Source: an uncultured delta proteobacterium (GTDB lineage Bacteria > Desulfobacterota > Binatia > UBA9968). From it: a stretch of 64,000 bases of DNA. The DNA lies in assembly GCA_963771465.1 (NCBI GenBank), contig CAVYTU010000017.1, positions 224,001-288,000 of the forward strand. Reading direction: 5' to 3'. The first letter of the stretch is position 1; each line of letters begins with the position of its first letter. A program made the position numbers and the translations under genes. Positions 47,891 through 58,120 of the stretch are shown here, piece by piece. The notes below the pieces were generated by a model, which saw only the letters and a list, made by a program, of their open reading frames with translations, ran no database searches and was not told the DNA's origin.

Positions 47891-49174
47891 CTATTTCATT
47901 TTCGGTCTGACCGCATTCCACGGTTTTATCAGCAGTGCGGTCAGCGCTGAGCCCAGTAGTAGCGTTGCGATCAATCCCCACAAACTCGTAGCGTAGCTTT
48001 GGTCGCGGTCGTAGGCCGCGCCGGCGATTACCGGTCCGAGGACGCTGCCCCAGGTGTAAAAAAACGACATGGTGCCGCGAATCGTCGCAAAGTTTTTGCG
48101 GCCATAAAAATCGCCGATGGTCGCCCAGACGACTGGGAACGATGAGTCGATGGTTGTGAACAAAATGGTAAACACCCAGAGCGGCCAAACGCCGCTGCCC
48201 CAGATCAGCACTAATATCCCAGCCGCGGCCGCGACGCCGCAAAACGACAAAAGCTTGGGCCGATTGGTGTTATCGGCGAACCAACCGATTGCATAGTGTG
48301 CCGCCCAATTTAAAAAGGCGAAGCTGGCGAGTAGGAATGCCGCGCTTTCTTGCGACAAGCCTTTCCAAACCATGATCGGGACGAAGTGCACGGTAATCGT
48401 GCTATAGGCACCGACGCGTACCGTCATGGCGATGGTGAAGAGCCAAAACACCCAGGTCTTCATCGCTTGGCGCAAAGTCGGATCTTCGCGCGCCGACGGC
48501 TGAGTAGCGCCGTCAAGCGTGTCTTTGTCATTGGATGGAGACGCGACCGGCGCTTCGCCATCGGGGTGTAGCCCGATGCTTTCCGGGGTCGAGCGCACGC
48601 CGATGCCGAGCGGAATCCCGACGATGATAAACAGCGTTCCAGCGAGGATCGCGCCCCAGCGCCAACCCCAAGATTGCACCGCCAGCGCCAATAGCGGCGT
48701 GATCAAGGTGCCGCCGATGGGTACCGCCGAACTGATCACGGTCATCGCCCGAGCACGCCAGCGGATGAACCAGGTATTGCCTATGGCCATCGGCGCGTGG
48801 ACGAAGCCGGGAGTATATGAGAGCGAGATCAAGCCCAGGTAGACAATCAGAAACGCCGTGTAGCTTTGCACCCAGCCCAGTGCGATATAACCGAGCCCCG
48901 TGAGTAACGTCGCAATCAAGATCATCGGCCGCGGGCCAAAGCGATCGATGAAGTAACCGACGAACGGTCCTTCAATCGCGCCCTGCGCGCGCGCCAGCGA
49001 GAACGCCAACGACGTCTCAGCGCGGCTCAATCCCAAGTCTTGGCTTATGGGAAGAAAAAAAACCGTGAAGCCAAAGTTATGCAGCCCGCCGCCGACCACG
49101 CGCAGTGCGGACACCAATCCGACCATGCGCCAGCCGTAGAAAGATTCAGAGAGAAGTTTGCGAAAACGTTGCAG
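47891..49174 (-). CDS. MFS transporter (OFA/MCT-like); start uncertain
   Basis: FYGWRMV, GYFIDRFGPR, DFYGRKNFATIRG. Confidence 0.88.
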   Translation of the reverse strand: MQRFRKLLSESFYGWRMVGLVSALRVVGGGLHNFGFTVFFLPISQDLGLSRAETSLAFSLARAQGAIEGPFVGYFIDRFGPRPMILIATLLTGLGYIALGWVQSYTAFLIVYLGLISLSYTPGFVHAPMAIGNTWFIRWRARAMTVISSAVPIGGTLITPLLALAVQSWGWRWGAILAGTLFIIVGIPLGIGVRSTPESIGLHPDGEAPVASPSNDKDTLDGATQPSAREDPTLRQAMKTWVFWLFTIAMTVRVGAYSTITVHFVPIMVWKGLSQESAAFLLASFAFLNWAAHYAIGWFADNTNRPKLLSFCGVAAAAGILVLIWGSGVWPLWVFTILFTTIDSSFPVVWATIGDFYGRKNFATIRGTMSFFYTWGSVLGPVIAGAAYDRDQSYATSLWGLIATLLLGSALTALLIKPWNAVRPKMK

Positions 49175-49397
49175 CGCTATACCTCGATGTCGATTCAATG
49201 CTTGTCCGTTTTTCCCAGATGTGTCCAACGAACACAAGAACAAAATTGAATTCTCGTCTACGCGTCGATGATGGCGCAGTGAGAGAATCGTCCGAGTGAT
49301 AAAAAAATATGAGTGGGGGCGCTCAATTTTGACACTGCACACCGTCGCTGGGAATCAAAAGAGCGATTCAGTTCAGAATTAAGTCAAACGCAACGGC

Positions 49398-49412
49398 GTG
49401 TCACGTTGACAC
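49398..49412 (+). promoter_or_regulatory. Palindrome GTGTCA-N3-TGACAC overlapping a TTGACA -35 box
   Basis: Located upstream of the efflux operon. Confidence 0.4.
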
Positions 49413-49502
49413 CCGAAAGGCGGTTGTAATAAGTTGAGTTGAAACCCGACCTTCGCCGCAGCCGCGAATTCTGGATCGAGTCTCAGTCAACGGTTTCCTA
49501 GC

Positions 49503-51155
49503 ATGATCGCATTTACACAACTCTCCGTGTCGCGTGACAGCCCGTCGTATAAGTGGTGGATGGGCATTGCTCTGGCGATCGGCTCGACAACCGTCAGTTT
49601 TGCCGAGCGCATGATCGAGATTGCGATTCCGCAGATCATGGTAGCGATGGGTGTAAGCCTGGACAAAGTGCAGTGGGTTCGCACGGGTCCTGCCATAGTC
49701 AGGACCATTTTGGGTCCGATGGTCGGCTGGCTCGTGGGCATCTTCGGCACGCGCCCGCTTTATCTTGCAACGTTCGTGCTTTACATCATCTGCTCGGGTT
49801 TTGCCGGATCATCGTGGAGCCTGGGCGTGTTGATTTTTTTTCTGACACTGAAAAACGCCGGCGGTGGTCTCAGGCAACCGCTATCGATGTCGCTGATGTA
49901 CCGCGCGTTTCCGGAGCAGCAGCGTGGCCTGGCGATGGGGCTTTACCAAGCCAGCCATATGGTCGGCCCGCTGATGGCGCCGCTTGTCGGCGGCTGGCTG
50001 GTGGAAACCTTTGGTTGGCGGTCAGTATTCTACGTCAACATTCCCATCAATTTTGTTTCGTTGCTTCTGATCATGATGGTCTTGCCGCGTGAACTTGGCG
50101 ATGAGAAACGATCAAAGCCGGCCTCGGTGGACTTCATCGGTTTGGGCGCTATGTCGCTGGGTCTGAGCACTTTGGTTTGGGCGGTCAACAACGGCACCGA
50201 ATGGGGTTGGAGTTCCACCCACATCTTGAGCCTCTTTGGCATCGCCGCGGTTTCACTCGTTGGGCTCATCTTCGCTGAGCTGAAGACGCAGTACCCGGTC
50301 TTTGAAGTACGAGTTTTCCAAAATCTATCTTTTACACTGTCGTTCCTGGCGCGCCTTCTCAACACCGCGATTTTCCAAAGCACGAATTTTATATTTGGGA
50401 TTTTCTTGCAGCGTGAGCTGCGCTTTTCGCCGCTCCAGGCGGGCCAGCGGCTGGTGCCGATGGCGGTAACTTCCGGCATGGGCGCACTCGGTTTCGGCAT
50501 GCTCGCCGACAAGATACAGACACCGGCGGTGGTGGCGCTCTCGGTCATGGCTGCGTCGATTACAATGTATTTCTATACCGGATTAGATGTAGGTGCGACG
50601 TTGCTCCACATCGTCACGTTGACGGCGATGCAAAGTTTTTTTCGCTCCGGCACCCAAGCAACCATGACGACGATGGGGCTAGACACGCTGCCGCCGGAGC
50701 AAACTACTTTGGGTGCGGGTATGGACACTCTGGCGCGCAATCTCGGCAACACTGCCGGCGTGCCTTTGATGACAACTTATGTCGTTCACAGAGAGTTGTC
50801 GCACCTGACCAAAATGATGCGCATTCAATCCCTCGATCGTGACGGTCCCAGAGAGGCCATGGAAACGATGCAAAGAGCATACTCACAAGCCGGACAGCCG
50901 CTCGACGAAGCGCGGGTGAGATCCCAAGGAATGTTGAGAAATCAATTAATCCAGCGGGCGACGATCGAGGCTTATCACGATAGTTTTCGTCTGGTTTCAA
51001 TCGCCGGCTTGCTGCTCGTGCCAATGGTGCTATTGATTAGGGGCCGGCCGCGTCGGAAAGAAACGTCCGTGAGCTTCGAGTCGGAGCCGTCGGCCAAACC
51101 ATTTGAAGCACTCCAAATGCGCGCAAAAGAACTGCACGGGAAGAAGGATTCTTGA
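49503..51155 (+). CDS. DHA2 (EmrB/QacA) family MFS efflux permease
   Basis: FPEQQRGLAMG, GPLMAPLVGGWL..FGWRSVFYVNIP, DFIG; 550 aa. Confidence 0.88.
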   Translation: MIAFTQLSVSRDSPSYKWWMGIALAIGSTTVSFAERMIEIAIPQIMVAMGVSLDKVQWVRTGPAIVRTILGPMVGWLVGIFGTRPLYLATFVLYIICSGFAGSSWSLGVLIFFLTLKNAGGGLRQPLSMSLMYRAFPEQQRGLAMGLYQASHMVGPLMAPLVGGWLVETFGWRSVFYVNIPINFVSLLLIMMVLPRELGDEKRSKPASVDFIGLGAMSLGLSTLVWAVNNGTEWGWSSTHILSLFGIAAVSLVGLIFAELKTQYPVFEVRVFQNLSFTLSFLARLLNTAIFQSTNFIFGIFLQRELRFSPLQAGQRLVPMAVTSGMGALGFGMLADKIQTPAVVALSVMAASITMYFYTGLDVGATLLHIVTLTAMQSFFRSGTQATMTTMGLDTLPPEQTTLGAGMDTLARNLGNTAGVPLMTTYVVHRELSHLTKMMRIQSLDRDGPREAMETMQRAYSQAGQPLDEARVRSQGMLRNQLIQRATIEAYHDSFRLVSIAGLLLVPMVLLIRGRPRRKETSVSFESEPSAKPFEALQMRAKELHGKKDS

Positions 51156-52555
51156 ACGACGGCAGCGAAAATATTCAAGCCACCGGATGGCGTCGATGGC
51201 TGCGCTACCGCCCGAGCGAAACTCGCCATATCTTTGCTTTGGTCGCTTTCGGAATCGGATTTTTATTTGCCGTGGTCTACGTCATCAACTGGTGGATTAC
51301 AGCGATGAATACCGTATCCACGGATGAGGCTCGCGTGACCGCCTCCTATGCAACGATCAGCTCCGAAGTAGCGGGTAAGATCATCAAGTTTCCCGTCGAA
51401 GAAGGGGACGTCGTGCGCCAGGGCGACCTGTTGGTTGGCATCGACAAGGATGAATATCAGAGCGCACTGGATGATGCCGAAGTGGAATTGAAACGCGCCA
51501 CGGCCAACTACGAGGAAACCAAGCTCCAGCTCAAGGGAATAACCGCGGCGGTGGGCAGCGAAATCAGCCGTGCCGAGGCAGGACTCGAAGGCGCCGGCAC
51601 CCTGCTCAAGGAAAAAATACGCTTGCACGAACTCGCCAAGGTCGTCGGCAAATCGCAGATCGAACAGTCAGAGGCAGGCGTTAGAGTCGCCGATTCCAAT
51701 CTGGCGCGAGCGGAAGTCGACTTGAAAAAGGCCGGACTCGATCTGGAGCGCGCCAAATCGCTTTTCGATAAGCATTTTATTGCCGCCAAGGACCTTGACG
51801 ATGCGCGCACCGCCTACGACAGCGCGCGCGCCACCGTCGACATGCGCCGGGCAGAACTACAGCAGCTGAAGGCCGACTTGCAGATGGCGCAGGTTTCCAA
51901 GCTGAATAATTTTCGCGACGACGCGCCGCTGGCGGAAGTGCGCACCCTAACGGCCAAGTCCGACATTCGCAAGGCGGATGCCGATTTGCGTTTGGCGCGC
52001 GCCCGTCTGGCTGAAGTGGAAGCCTTTAAGGCGCGTCTCGAGTCGCAGGAATCGATGATCCATCAGCTCAAATTAAAAGTGCAGACTCACAAGCGCCATC
52101 TCGAAAGCGCCACCGTCACCAGTCCCGTAAACGGTGTGGTGGTGCGCAAGACGGCCAACGTCGGCGACATCATGCAGCGCGGCCAGCCGTTTCTGAAGAT
52201 TATCATCCGCGACACGCTGGTGGTGCGCGCCAACGTTCGTGAGACCTATGTGCGCTATATCGGCCAGGGCAATACCGTCGACATCTACATCGACGCCTAT
52301 CCCAATCGTCTATTCACCGGAAAAGTTAAATTGATCGGCGACAGCACCGATTCGGAGTTTGCCCTATTTAAACCCGGTGGGCCATATTCCCGTTTGGAAC
52401 AGATGATTCCCGTCGAGATATCGCTAGAAGGCGATTCCAACAATCGCGAACTGAGGCCCGGCATGAATGCCTCTGTCTATATTAGGCGCAATACGGCGCT
52501 CGTCGCCGCGTCCAGCAATGTGAAACAACACGAGCGCGGACAATCTAGGCAGTAG
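51152..52555 (+). CDS. HlyD/EmrA family membrane fusion protein
   Basis: VSTDEA, VEEGDVVRQGDLL, long coiled coil, VTSPVNGVV, LRPGMNA. Confidence 0.9.
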   Translation: MNDGSENIQATGWRRWLRYRPSETRHIFALVAFGIGFLFAVVYVINWWITAMNTVSTDEARVTASYATISSEVAGKIIKFPVEEGDVVRQGDLLVGIDKDEYQSALDDAEVELKRATANYEETKLQLKGITAAVGSEISRAEAGLEGAGTLLKEKIRLHELAKVVGKSQIEQSEAGVRVADSNLARAEVDLKKAGLDLERAKSLFDKHFIAAKDLDDARTAYDSARATVDMRRAELQQLKADLQMAQVSKLNNFRDDAPLAEVRTLTAKSDIRKADADLRLARARLAEVEAFKARLESQESMIHQLKLKVQTHKRHLESATVTSPVNGVVVRKTANVGDIMQRGQPFLKIIIRDTLVVRANVRETYVRYIGQGNTVDIYIDAYPNRLFTGKVKLIGDSTDSEFALFKPGGPYSRLEQMIPVEISLEGDSNNRELRPGMNASVYIRRNTALVAASSNVKQHERGQSRQ

Positions 52556-52718
52556 TTTCGGGCATGGTATCTTTCCGCCTCGAGCGACAGTTTGGCAGTT
52601 GTCTTTATTCCACTTCGGTTTGTCCAGGTTTGATTCAATAAGCGGTTGATTGGTGAAGATTGTCTGTACTATGATGACGTGAGTCGAGCGGGACCGAAAA
52701 AAATCTTAGGAGGAATCC

Positions 52719-53204
52719 ATGGAAGCAGCAGCAAAAGCGAAAACCAGCGAGGCGCCGAAAGCGCAGTTGTTCTCACTCAAGACCCCGTACATGCAACAAG
52801 GCCGGGTGACACAGACGGTGGCGAAGACAGACAATATGTGGATCGCGGTGAAGATCAACGCCGAAGGCGGTGAAAATGAAATTCACACTCACTTGAACCA
52901 AGACCACGCGTTTATCGTATTGGAAGGCGAGATGAGCGTCTTCGACGAGAACGACGTTGAGATCAAAGTGAAACCCATGCAAGGGATCAACCTGCCGAAG
53001 GGTGCTTACTATCGTTATCTTAATACCGGCGAGGGAAACTTGGTCGTGTTGCGCTTCGGCGCGTACACTCCAGACCGGCCGTCAAAGGGCGAAGCGGTGC
53101 GGCTCATGCCCGACGGCACGCCAATCCTCGGCGGATCGGAGGAGAATCATTCGCTGCCGCCCATCGAAATGCCCGGCAAATTCTTCGCCGAAACGGCGGG
53201 ATAA
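52719..53204 (+). CDS. Cupin domain protein
   Basis: GGENEIHTH..QDHAFIVLEG, LPKGAYYRYLN. Confidence 0.82.
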   Translation: MEAAAKAKTSEAPKAQLFSLKTPYMQQGRVTQTVAKTDNMWIAVKINAEGGENEIHTHLNQDHAFIVLEGEMSVFDENDVEIKVKPMQGINLPKGAYYRYLNTGEGNLVVLRFGAYTPDRPSKGEAVRLMPDGTPILGGSEENHSLPPIEMPGKFFAETAG

Positions 53205-53226
53205 TAATTTCCAGCTCTCTTGTTAG

Positions 53227-53268
53227 TCCCCTGCTCCGCGCTAAATAGATTAAGCGCGGAGCAGGGGA
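53227..53268. terminator. 16-bp perfect hairpin after the cupin gene
   Basis: TCCCCTGCTCCGCGCT / AGCGCGGAGCAGGGGA; weak U-tract. Confidence 0.5.
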
Positions 53269-53543
53269 TTCAGCGTATTGTCGAGCGCCTCGTAGCCTTT
53301 GTCCCGACAAAGTAGACGGGACGAGCCGGCAACCTGACAATGCCGTGGTCGACGACGCAATCCCATCAAAGCGCCGTGTTTCATTTCACGAGAAAGCTGC
53401 GACTAAAGGTCGTAAGGAAATGACATTTCGAACCGCCGTTTAGCTTGGCCAGGCCGTGCAAATATGACGTGCCTGGTTAGTTAGATGGCCGCGCTGGGAC
53501 GCTAGCCTCGTTACAATTCCATGAGATCCGAGGAAACTTTCCG

Positions 53544-54566
53544 ATGAACGGTATGGCTATTTTCTTTATCGCGGTGGCGTTGCTGAGCCAGGGATTCGCC
53601 GCGTGGGCGCAAGATCATACGAGCAAGCTGGTGGAGGGCGCCAGAAAGGAAGGGAAACTAGTCGTCTATACATCGATGAATCAGCGCGATGCGTCGCTGC
53701 TGGTTCAGGATTTCAAGAAGCGCTATCCATTTATCGATGGCCAAATCTTTCGCGCCAACTCGCAAAAGCTCTTGCCACGCATCGAAACCGAAGCGCGCGC
53801 CAAGAAATACCAAGCCGATGTTTTCACCGCTTCCTTCCCAATCTGGCCGGAACTGATCAGACAGAAGCTGGTTTTGCCTTATCAATCGCCGGAAAGCCTG
53901 CGCTATCCTAAAGAACTAAAAGACCCGAACGGCTACTGGACGATACTCTATTTGCAGGTCATGGGCATGGCTTATAACACCCGACTGATCCCGGCCGGCA
54001 GCGCGCCGAAGCGGTACGAAGATCTTTTGAGCCCGCGTTGGAAGAAGCAGGAAATCGGCATGGATTATCGGGACAACACTTGGTTCGCGGTGATGATGGA
54101 GATCATGGGAGAGAGCGAAGGTTTGAATTTCATGAAACGGCTGGCGGCCAAGGATCTTTACATGCGGGAGAACAAAAGTTTGTTGACCCAGCTTATGGCG
54201 GCAGGCGAGTTCCTCATTCTGACCAACACTTACGTTGATACGGCAGCCGAGTACATCAAATCCGGAGCGCCCATCGCCTGGTTGCCGGGACGGGATCCCG
54301 TGCCGGCGTCGACTCATCTTTTGGGCATCCACGCCTTTGCGCAAAATCCCAACGCCTCCAGATTATTTGTCGACTTTCTATTGTCGCGAGACGGACAAAA
54401 AGCCTTAAGCGGCGGCGCTGTGGCGAAGTTTCCGGCCAATCCCGAGGTCGACTCGGATTTAAAGGCGATGGTCAAAGGGCACAAGCTGCATCCCATCGAC
54501 CCCACCATGGCGTCGAAATTTGATCGATTGACCAAGAACTATGAAGAAATTTTTTGGAAAAAGTAG
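53544..54566 (+). CDS. ABC substrate-binding protein (orphan)
   Basis: EGARKEGKLVVYTS, AYNTRL, YEDLLSPRWK, NPNASRLFVDFLLS. Confidence 0.88.
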   Translation: MNGMAIFFIAVALLSQGFAAWAQDHTSKLVEGARKEGKLVVYTSMNQRDASLLVQDFKKRYPFIDGQIFRANSQKLLPRIETEARAKKYQADVFTASFPIWPELIRQKLVLPYQSPESLRYPKELKDPNGYWTILYLQVMGMAYNTRLIPAGSAPKRYEDLLSPRWKKQEIGMDYRDNTWFAVMMEIMGESEGLNFMKRLAAKDLYMRENKSLLTQLMAAGEFLILTNTYVDTAAEYIKSGAPIAWLPGRDPVPASTHLLGIHAFAQNPNASRLFVDFLLSRDGQKALSGGAVAKFPANPEVDSDLKAMVKGHKLHPIDPTMASKFDRLTKNYEEIFWKK

Positions 54567-54743
54567 TTTGAATCGAGAGCGTCCGGCGATTCTCTAAGAA
54601 AATGTTTAGGATAAATGCAATTTGTCCAATAGATATTGAACGCGTGCCTGATAGTTTGCGAGCGCTTGCAGTCGGAGCTAACGGCGGCTTTTGTAGCATA
54701 AATTATTTCAGCACGCCAAGAGTCCTATCGAGAGGAGACCGGA

Positions 54744-55628
54744 ATGACCTACAAAGACACAATCATTGATGACTTGCTCGTCGGTTCGATCGATCTTCAT
54801 GTTCATGTTGGTCCGGACCCGTCGCACCGTGCCGGCGGAACGCGCCGCTACGATGTGGCGCAGGTGGGAGAAATGGCTAAAGCCGCGGGACAACCGGCGG
54901 TCGCTTGTAAGAGCCACCAACAAGTAACCGCGTCTTTGGCCAGCCTGGCAAGCCGCATGGTGTCCGGCGTTACGCTCCTTGGCGGCATTACGCTCAACAA
55001 AACCGTCGGCGGATTGAATCCCCACGCGGTGCGAATGGCCGGGGAACTCGGCGCGCGCATCCTCTGGTTTCCCACCCATCACGCCGCGCATCATAACAGC
55101 ACGCTCGTCGAAGGCGGCGGCGGCGACGATAAGGGCATTCGCGTTCTTGATGATGAAGGCAAGCTGCTTCCCGAAGTTCATGAAATTCTCGATTTGGTCT
55201 CGCGTTACGACATGCTTCTCGGCACGGGCCACGTCTCGTTTCCAGAGGCTAAGGCGATCGTCGAGGCGGCGCGGGCAAAGGGTATTAAACGGATCATCGC
55301 CAATCACCCGTTATCGAAAAATTCTTGCCGCTACACGGTCGCGGAGGCCAAACAGCTGGCAGATCTCGGCGCGACTGTCGAGATGACTTTCGTCTCGATG
55401 ATGCCTTTCACTCGCGCCAAGACCTCCACTCCGAGAGAAACCGTCGAGGCGATCCGGGAAATCGGCGCCGAGCGGTGTATCATCAGCACCGACTTTGGCG
55501 CCTATGCGACACCGCCGCCACCGGAAGGCTTGCGCATGTTTATCGCGACTTTATTGAATCACGGCATGGCGCCGGAAGAAGTTGATTGCATGGCGCGCCG
55601 CAACCCGACCCAATTGGCGGCGCTATAA
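54744..55628 (+). CDS. Amidohydrolase-superfamily protein (DUF6282-like)
   Basis: IDLHVHVGPD, KSH, GTGH, NHP, STDFG. Confidence 0.8.
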   Translation: MTYKDTIIDDLLVGSIDLHVHVGPDPSHRAGGTRRYDVAQVGEMAKAAGQPAVACKSHQQVTASLASLASRMVSGVTLLGGITLNKTVGGLNPHAVRMAGELGARILWFPTHHAAHHNSTLVEGGGGDDKGIRVLDDEGKLLPEVHEILDLVSRYDMLLGTGHVSFPEAKAIVEAARAKGIKRIIANHPLSKNSCRYTVAEAKQLADLGATVEMTFVSMMPFTRAKTSTPRETVEAIREIGAERCIISTDFGAYATPPPPEGLRMFIATLLNHGMAPEEVDCMARRNPTQLAAL

Positions 55629-55881
55629 TCCACGGCGAAAATTTGAGCCTCTAGATATTCCAATTCGAGCGCATCTGGATTCACGATTCACGCAACCAAG
55701 GGAAAGACTCGTTTTCATCACCCGCTTGAGAAAAAGCATCGCATTCGCGGGCTCAGGCTTAAGGACTGTCGCTAGTTCAAGATTCAAATATGGCAGGCCT
55801 TGGGCTGACGGTGGAGACCATCAGCCTGTGCCGGCGACTTTTTAGTTGCTACTGGGTCCAGGAAAGACTAGGGTCATATCT

Positions 55882-56130
55882 ATGAAATCGAATACTGAAG
55901 ATCGGCAACGATACAAAATTACCGATTCGCATCGCAATCAGACCTTCGTCGGGACGCTGCGCCGAGATCCCGACACTTATTGTTGGACCTGGAAAGGTCA
56001 CATCGATTTTACTGACGGGCATAATTTTTCTTTCGCCAGCCAACGCAGTTTCTCCACCAAACTCGAGGCCGAAGACTATATGCGGCGATTCGCCCGTGAC
56101 CGCATTGACAATCGGCTGAGCTCAAACTAG
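55882..56130 (+). CDS. Small hypothetical protein
   Basis: 82-aa ORF MKSNTEDRQRY...FSTKLEAEDYMRRFARDRID. Confidence 0.55.
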   Translation: MKSNTEDRQRYKITDSHRNQTFVGTLRRDPDTYCWTWKGHIDFTDGHNFSFASQRSFSTKLEAEDYMRRFARDRIDNRLSSN

Positions 56131-56230
56131 CGAGCCGACCCGCCATGCGGGCGCACTTCTCGTCCTAGGCCGGACCGCGGCGGTCGTGTTATTGCCGCTT
56201 TTTGGCGCGACTATAATTCTTTTCTAAATT

Positions 56231-56244
56231 GTTCACTATTAGAC
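56231..56244. promoter_or_regulatory. Palindrome GTTCACTATTAGAC
   Basis: Followed by AGTAA, as at 63120. Confidence 0.45.
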
Positions 56245-56328
56245 AGTAATTGTCCTCAATGCTGTCTAGCTTGGAATTGCGCGGATTGTTTCTGTCGCCC
56301 TCGTTAGAGGCGGAAGAAGGATGTTTAC

Positions 56329-56649
56329 ATGGCTTTTTATGCCGTTGATGTGCGCGATCGGGTGATTCAAAGGGTGACGCAGCAATATAGGGGAGCGGAC
56401 AACGCGCGCTATTTTTTGATCGAGGCCGGTTCGGCGAAATTAGCGTGGGCCAAAGCGATGCGTGCATCCGATACGCCGGGCAGTGCCGAATGTGATTCCT
56501 GCGGTCATCATTACTGCTATGCGTGTGCAGACTGCTCGTTATCGCAGCGCTACTCGGACTACTGGATTTGTCACAGTTGCGGAGCGCTGACTCCGCGCAG
56601 TCAAAAATTTAAATTAACGGAGGTGTCGTATGGATTGGGACAAAGTTAA
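56329..56649 (+). CDS. Cys-rich putative zinc-binding small protein
   Basis: CDSCGHHYCYACADC...WICHSCG; AAGGA SD. Confidence 0.6.
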   Translation: MAFYAVDVRDRVIQRVTQQYRGADNARYFLIEAGSAKLAWAKAMRASDTPGSAECDSCGHHYCYACADCSLSQRYSDYWICHSCGALTPRSQKFKLTEVSYGLGQS

Positions 56650-56980
56650 ACTAGGATGCTGGAGCGGCGTCGGCGGTGCGATTCTGGCGGCGATCATCGG
56701 CTTCAACTGGGGCGGCTGGGTGACCAGTAGTACCGCGGAAGTTATGGCCAAGGAGATCGCTGAAAACGCGGTCGCCAAGCGCTTCACGCCGGCCTGCATC
56801 GCGCGCTTCAACCAGGATGCGAAAAAGGAGCAGAAATTCAAAGAATTCAAAGCCAAGGATTCTTGGGATGGACAGAAGTTCGTCGAGGAGCAGGGCTGGG
56901 CAACCCTACCTGGTGAAGAGCGACCCGATAGCAAGGTTGCCGAGGGTTGTGCCAAACAGCTGATGGAAGCCAGCAAGTAG
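56630..56980 (+). CDS. Hypothetical membrane-anchored protein
   Basis: GAILAAIIGFNWGGWVT TM segment; two Cys; GGAGG SD. Confidence 0.75.
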   Translation: MDWDKVKLGCWSGVGGAILAAIIGFNWGGWVTSSTAEVMAKEIAENAVAKRFTPACIARFNQDAKKEQKFKEFKAKDSWDGQKFVEEQGWATLPGEERPDSKVAEGCAKQLMEASK

Positions 56981-57123
56981 CGCCGCCGGCGGGAGTTTCT
57001 GGCAACGCTCGTGAGCGTCAAATCAGTCGGAGCTGTCAAGCTAGCTGACTAGGCCGGAGCCTGTGGTTTTTGACTGTCACAGTCATGGTGCCCGCTGGGC
57101 CAACGGTGCGAGAGGAGCTGATC

Positions 57124-57234
57124 ATGGGAGATAAAGGCAAAAAAGATAAAGACAAGAACCAGAAGCAGAAACAGAAAAAGCTAAACCAAGCAGCAAAGAT
57201 CGCTTTGGACAAACAACCTGTAAAACTCGCGTAA
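57124..57234 (+). CDS. 36-aa Lys/Gln-rich small protein
   Basis: GAGGAG SD; MGDKGKKDKDKNQKQKQKKLNQAAKIALDKQPVKLA; below the ORF-track cutoff. Confidence 0.6.
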   Translation: MGDKGKKDKDKNQKQKQKKLNQAAKIALDKQPVKLA

Positions 57235-57477
57235 TAAAATCCACCCTGCGCGATGAGCCGTTCACACGAGCGGCCGCTCCGACCGGTGCCAAGTCGCGCC
57301 CCATCATAAGGATTGAGCGGAGCGATCAAACAAACCAACCCGCTTCACTGGCAGGAGCTGCCACGCCAGCGATTTGACAATGCGCAGTTTACCGACCGCT
57401 TTGGAAACGCGACGAAATGTTCTACTCTGCAACCAGCCCAGTTACGAACTCAGCCGATTAACTCCCGCAGAGGCGAA

Positions 57478-57861
57478 ATGAACGCAACTCAAGCCTGGAA
57501 AATTCAGCAAATTATTTCAGCACAACCCGGTTGGAAAGCCATGTATTGCCAAAGATCGAACAATAGCGAAGTAAGAATTTCCAACCGGGTGATCATCTGC
57601 TGGGCGCTGGTGGAAACCGTGGGAGCCGATGCGCCGCCGCGAACCGAAGTGCGAGGCGTCGTGCAAGATTCAAATCGCCTGATTGTTGTCGGGAATTCAA
57701 CTGTCGCGGACATGACGACCAACGGCGATAGCGCCGAGAACCAATATTTTCTTGGCTACAACGATCCGGACGCGCACAAAGAGTCGGACTATTGGATCGA
57801 TCACGCCCGCGCGCGGCTTAGGATCGAGCAGAGCAAAACCGCTGAGCAGAAAAGCGGATAG
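57478..57861 (+). CDS. Hypothetical protein
   Basis: GAGG SD; MNATQAWKIQQIISAQPGWKAMY...IICWALVE...FLGYNDP. Confidence 0.65.
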   Translation: MNATQAWKIQQIISAQPGWKAMYCQRSNNSEVRISNRVIICWALVETVGADAPPRTEVRGVVQDSNRLIVVGNSTVADMTTNGDSAENQYFLGYNDPDAHKESDYWIDHARARLRIEQSKTAEQKSG

Positions 57862-58120
57862 ATTTGCCGCGCCGACATTCGCGCGCCGTCTGGACAATTC
57901 AACCCGTGAGCTTCGATGGAAAAATCACCGGGGTATCTTTATGCTAGCCATCTGATATAGTGCTGGGAACAAATACTGACCTAACGTCCAAATAGAATAC
58001 ACTCGGTTTGACTTTTTCCGAGTCTCGAAGAGGCGGTCCACAGGGTGCCGCTTCTTTGCGTTTCTGGGCCGGAAAAAAATTCGGCACCTCAGGCGCGAGC
58101 GCCGGCGAGGAGAACCTTTC

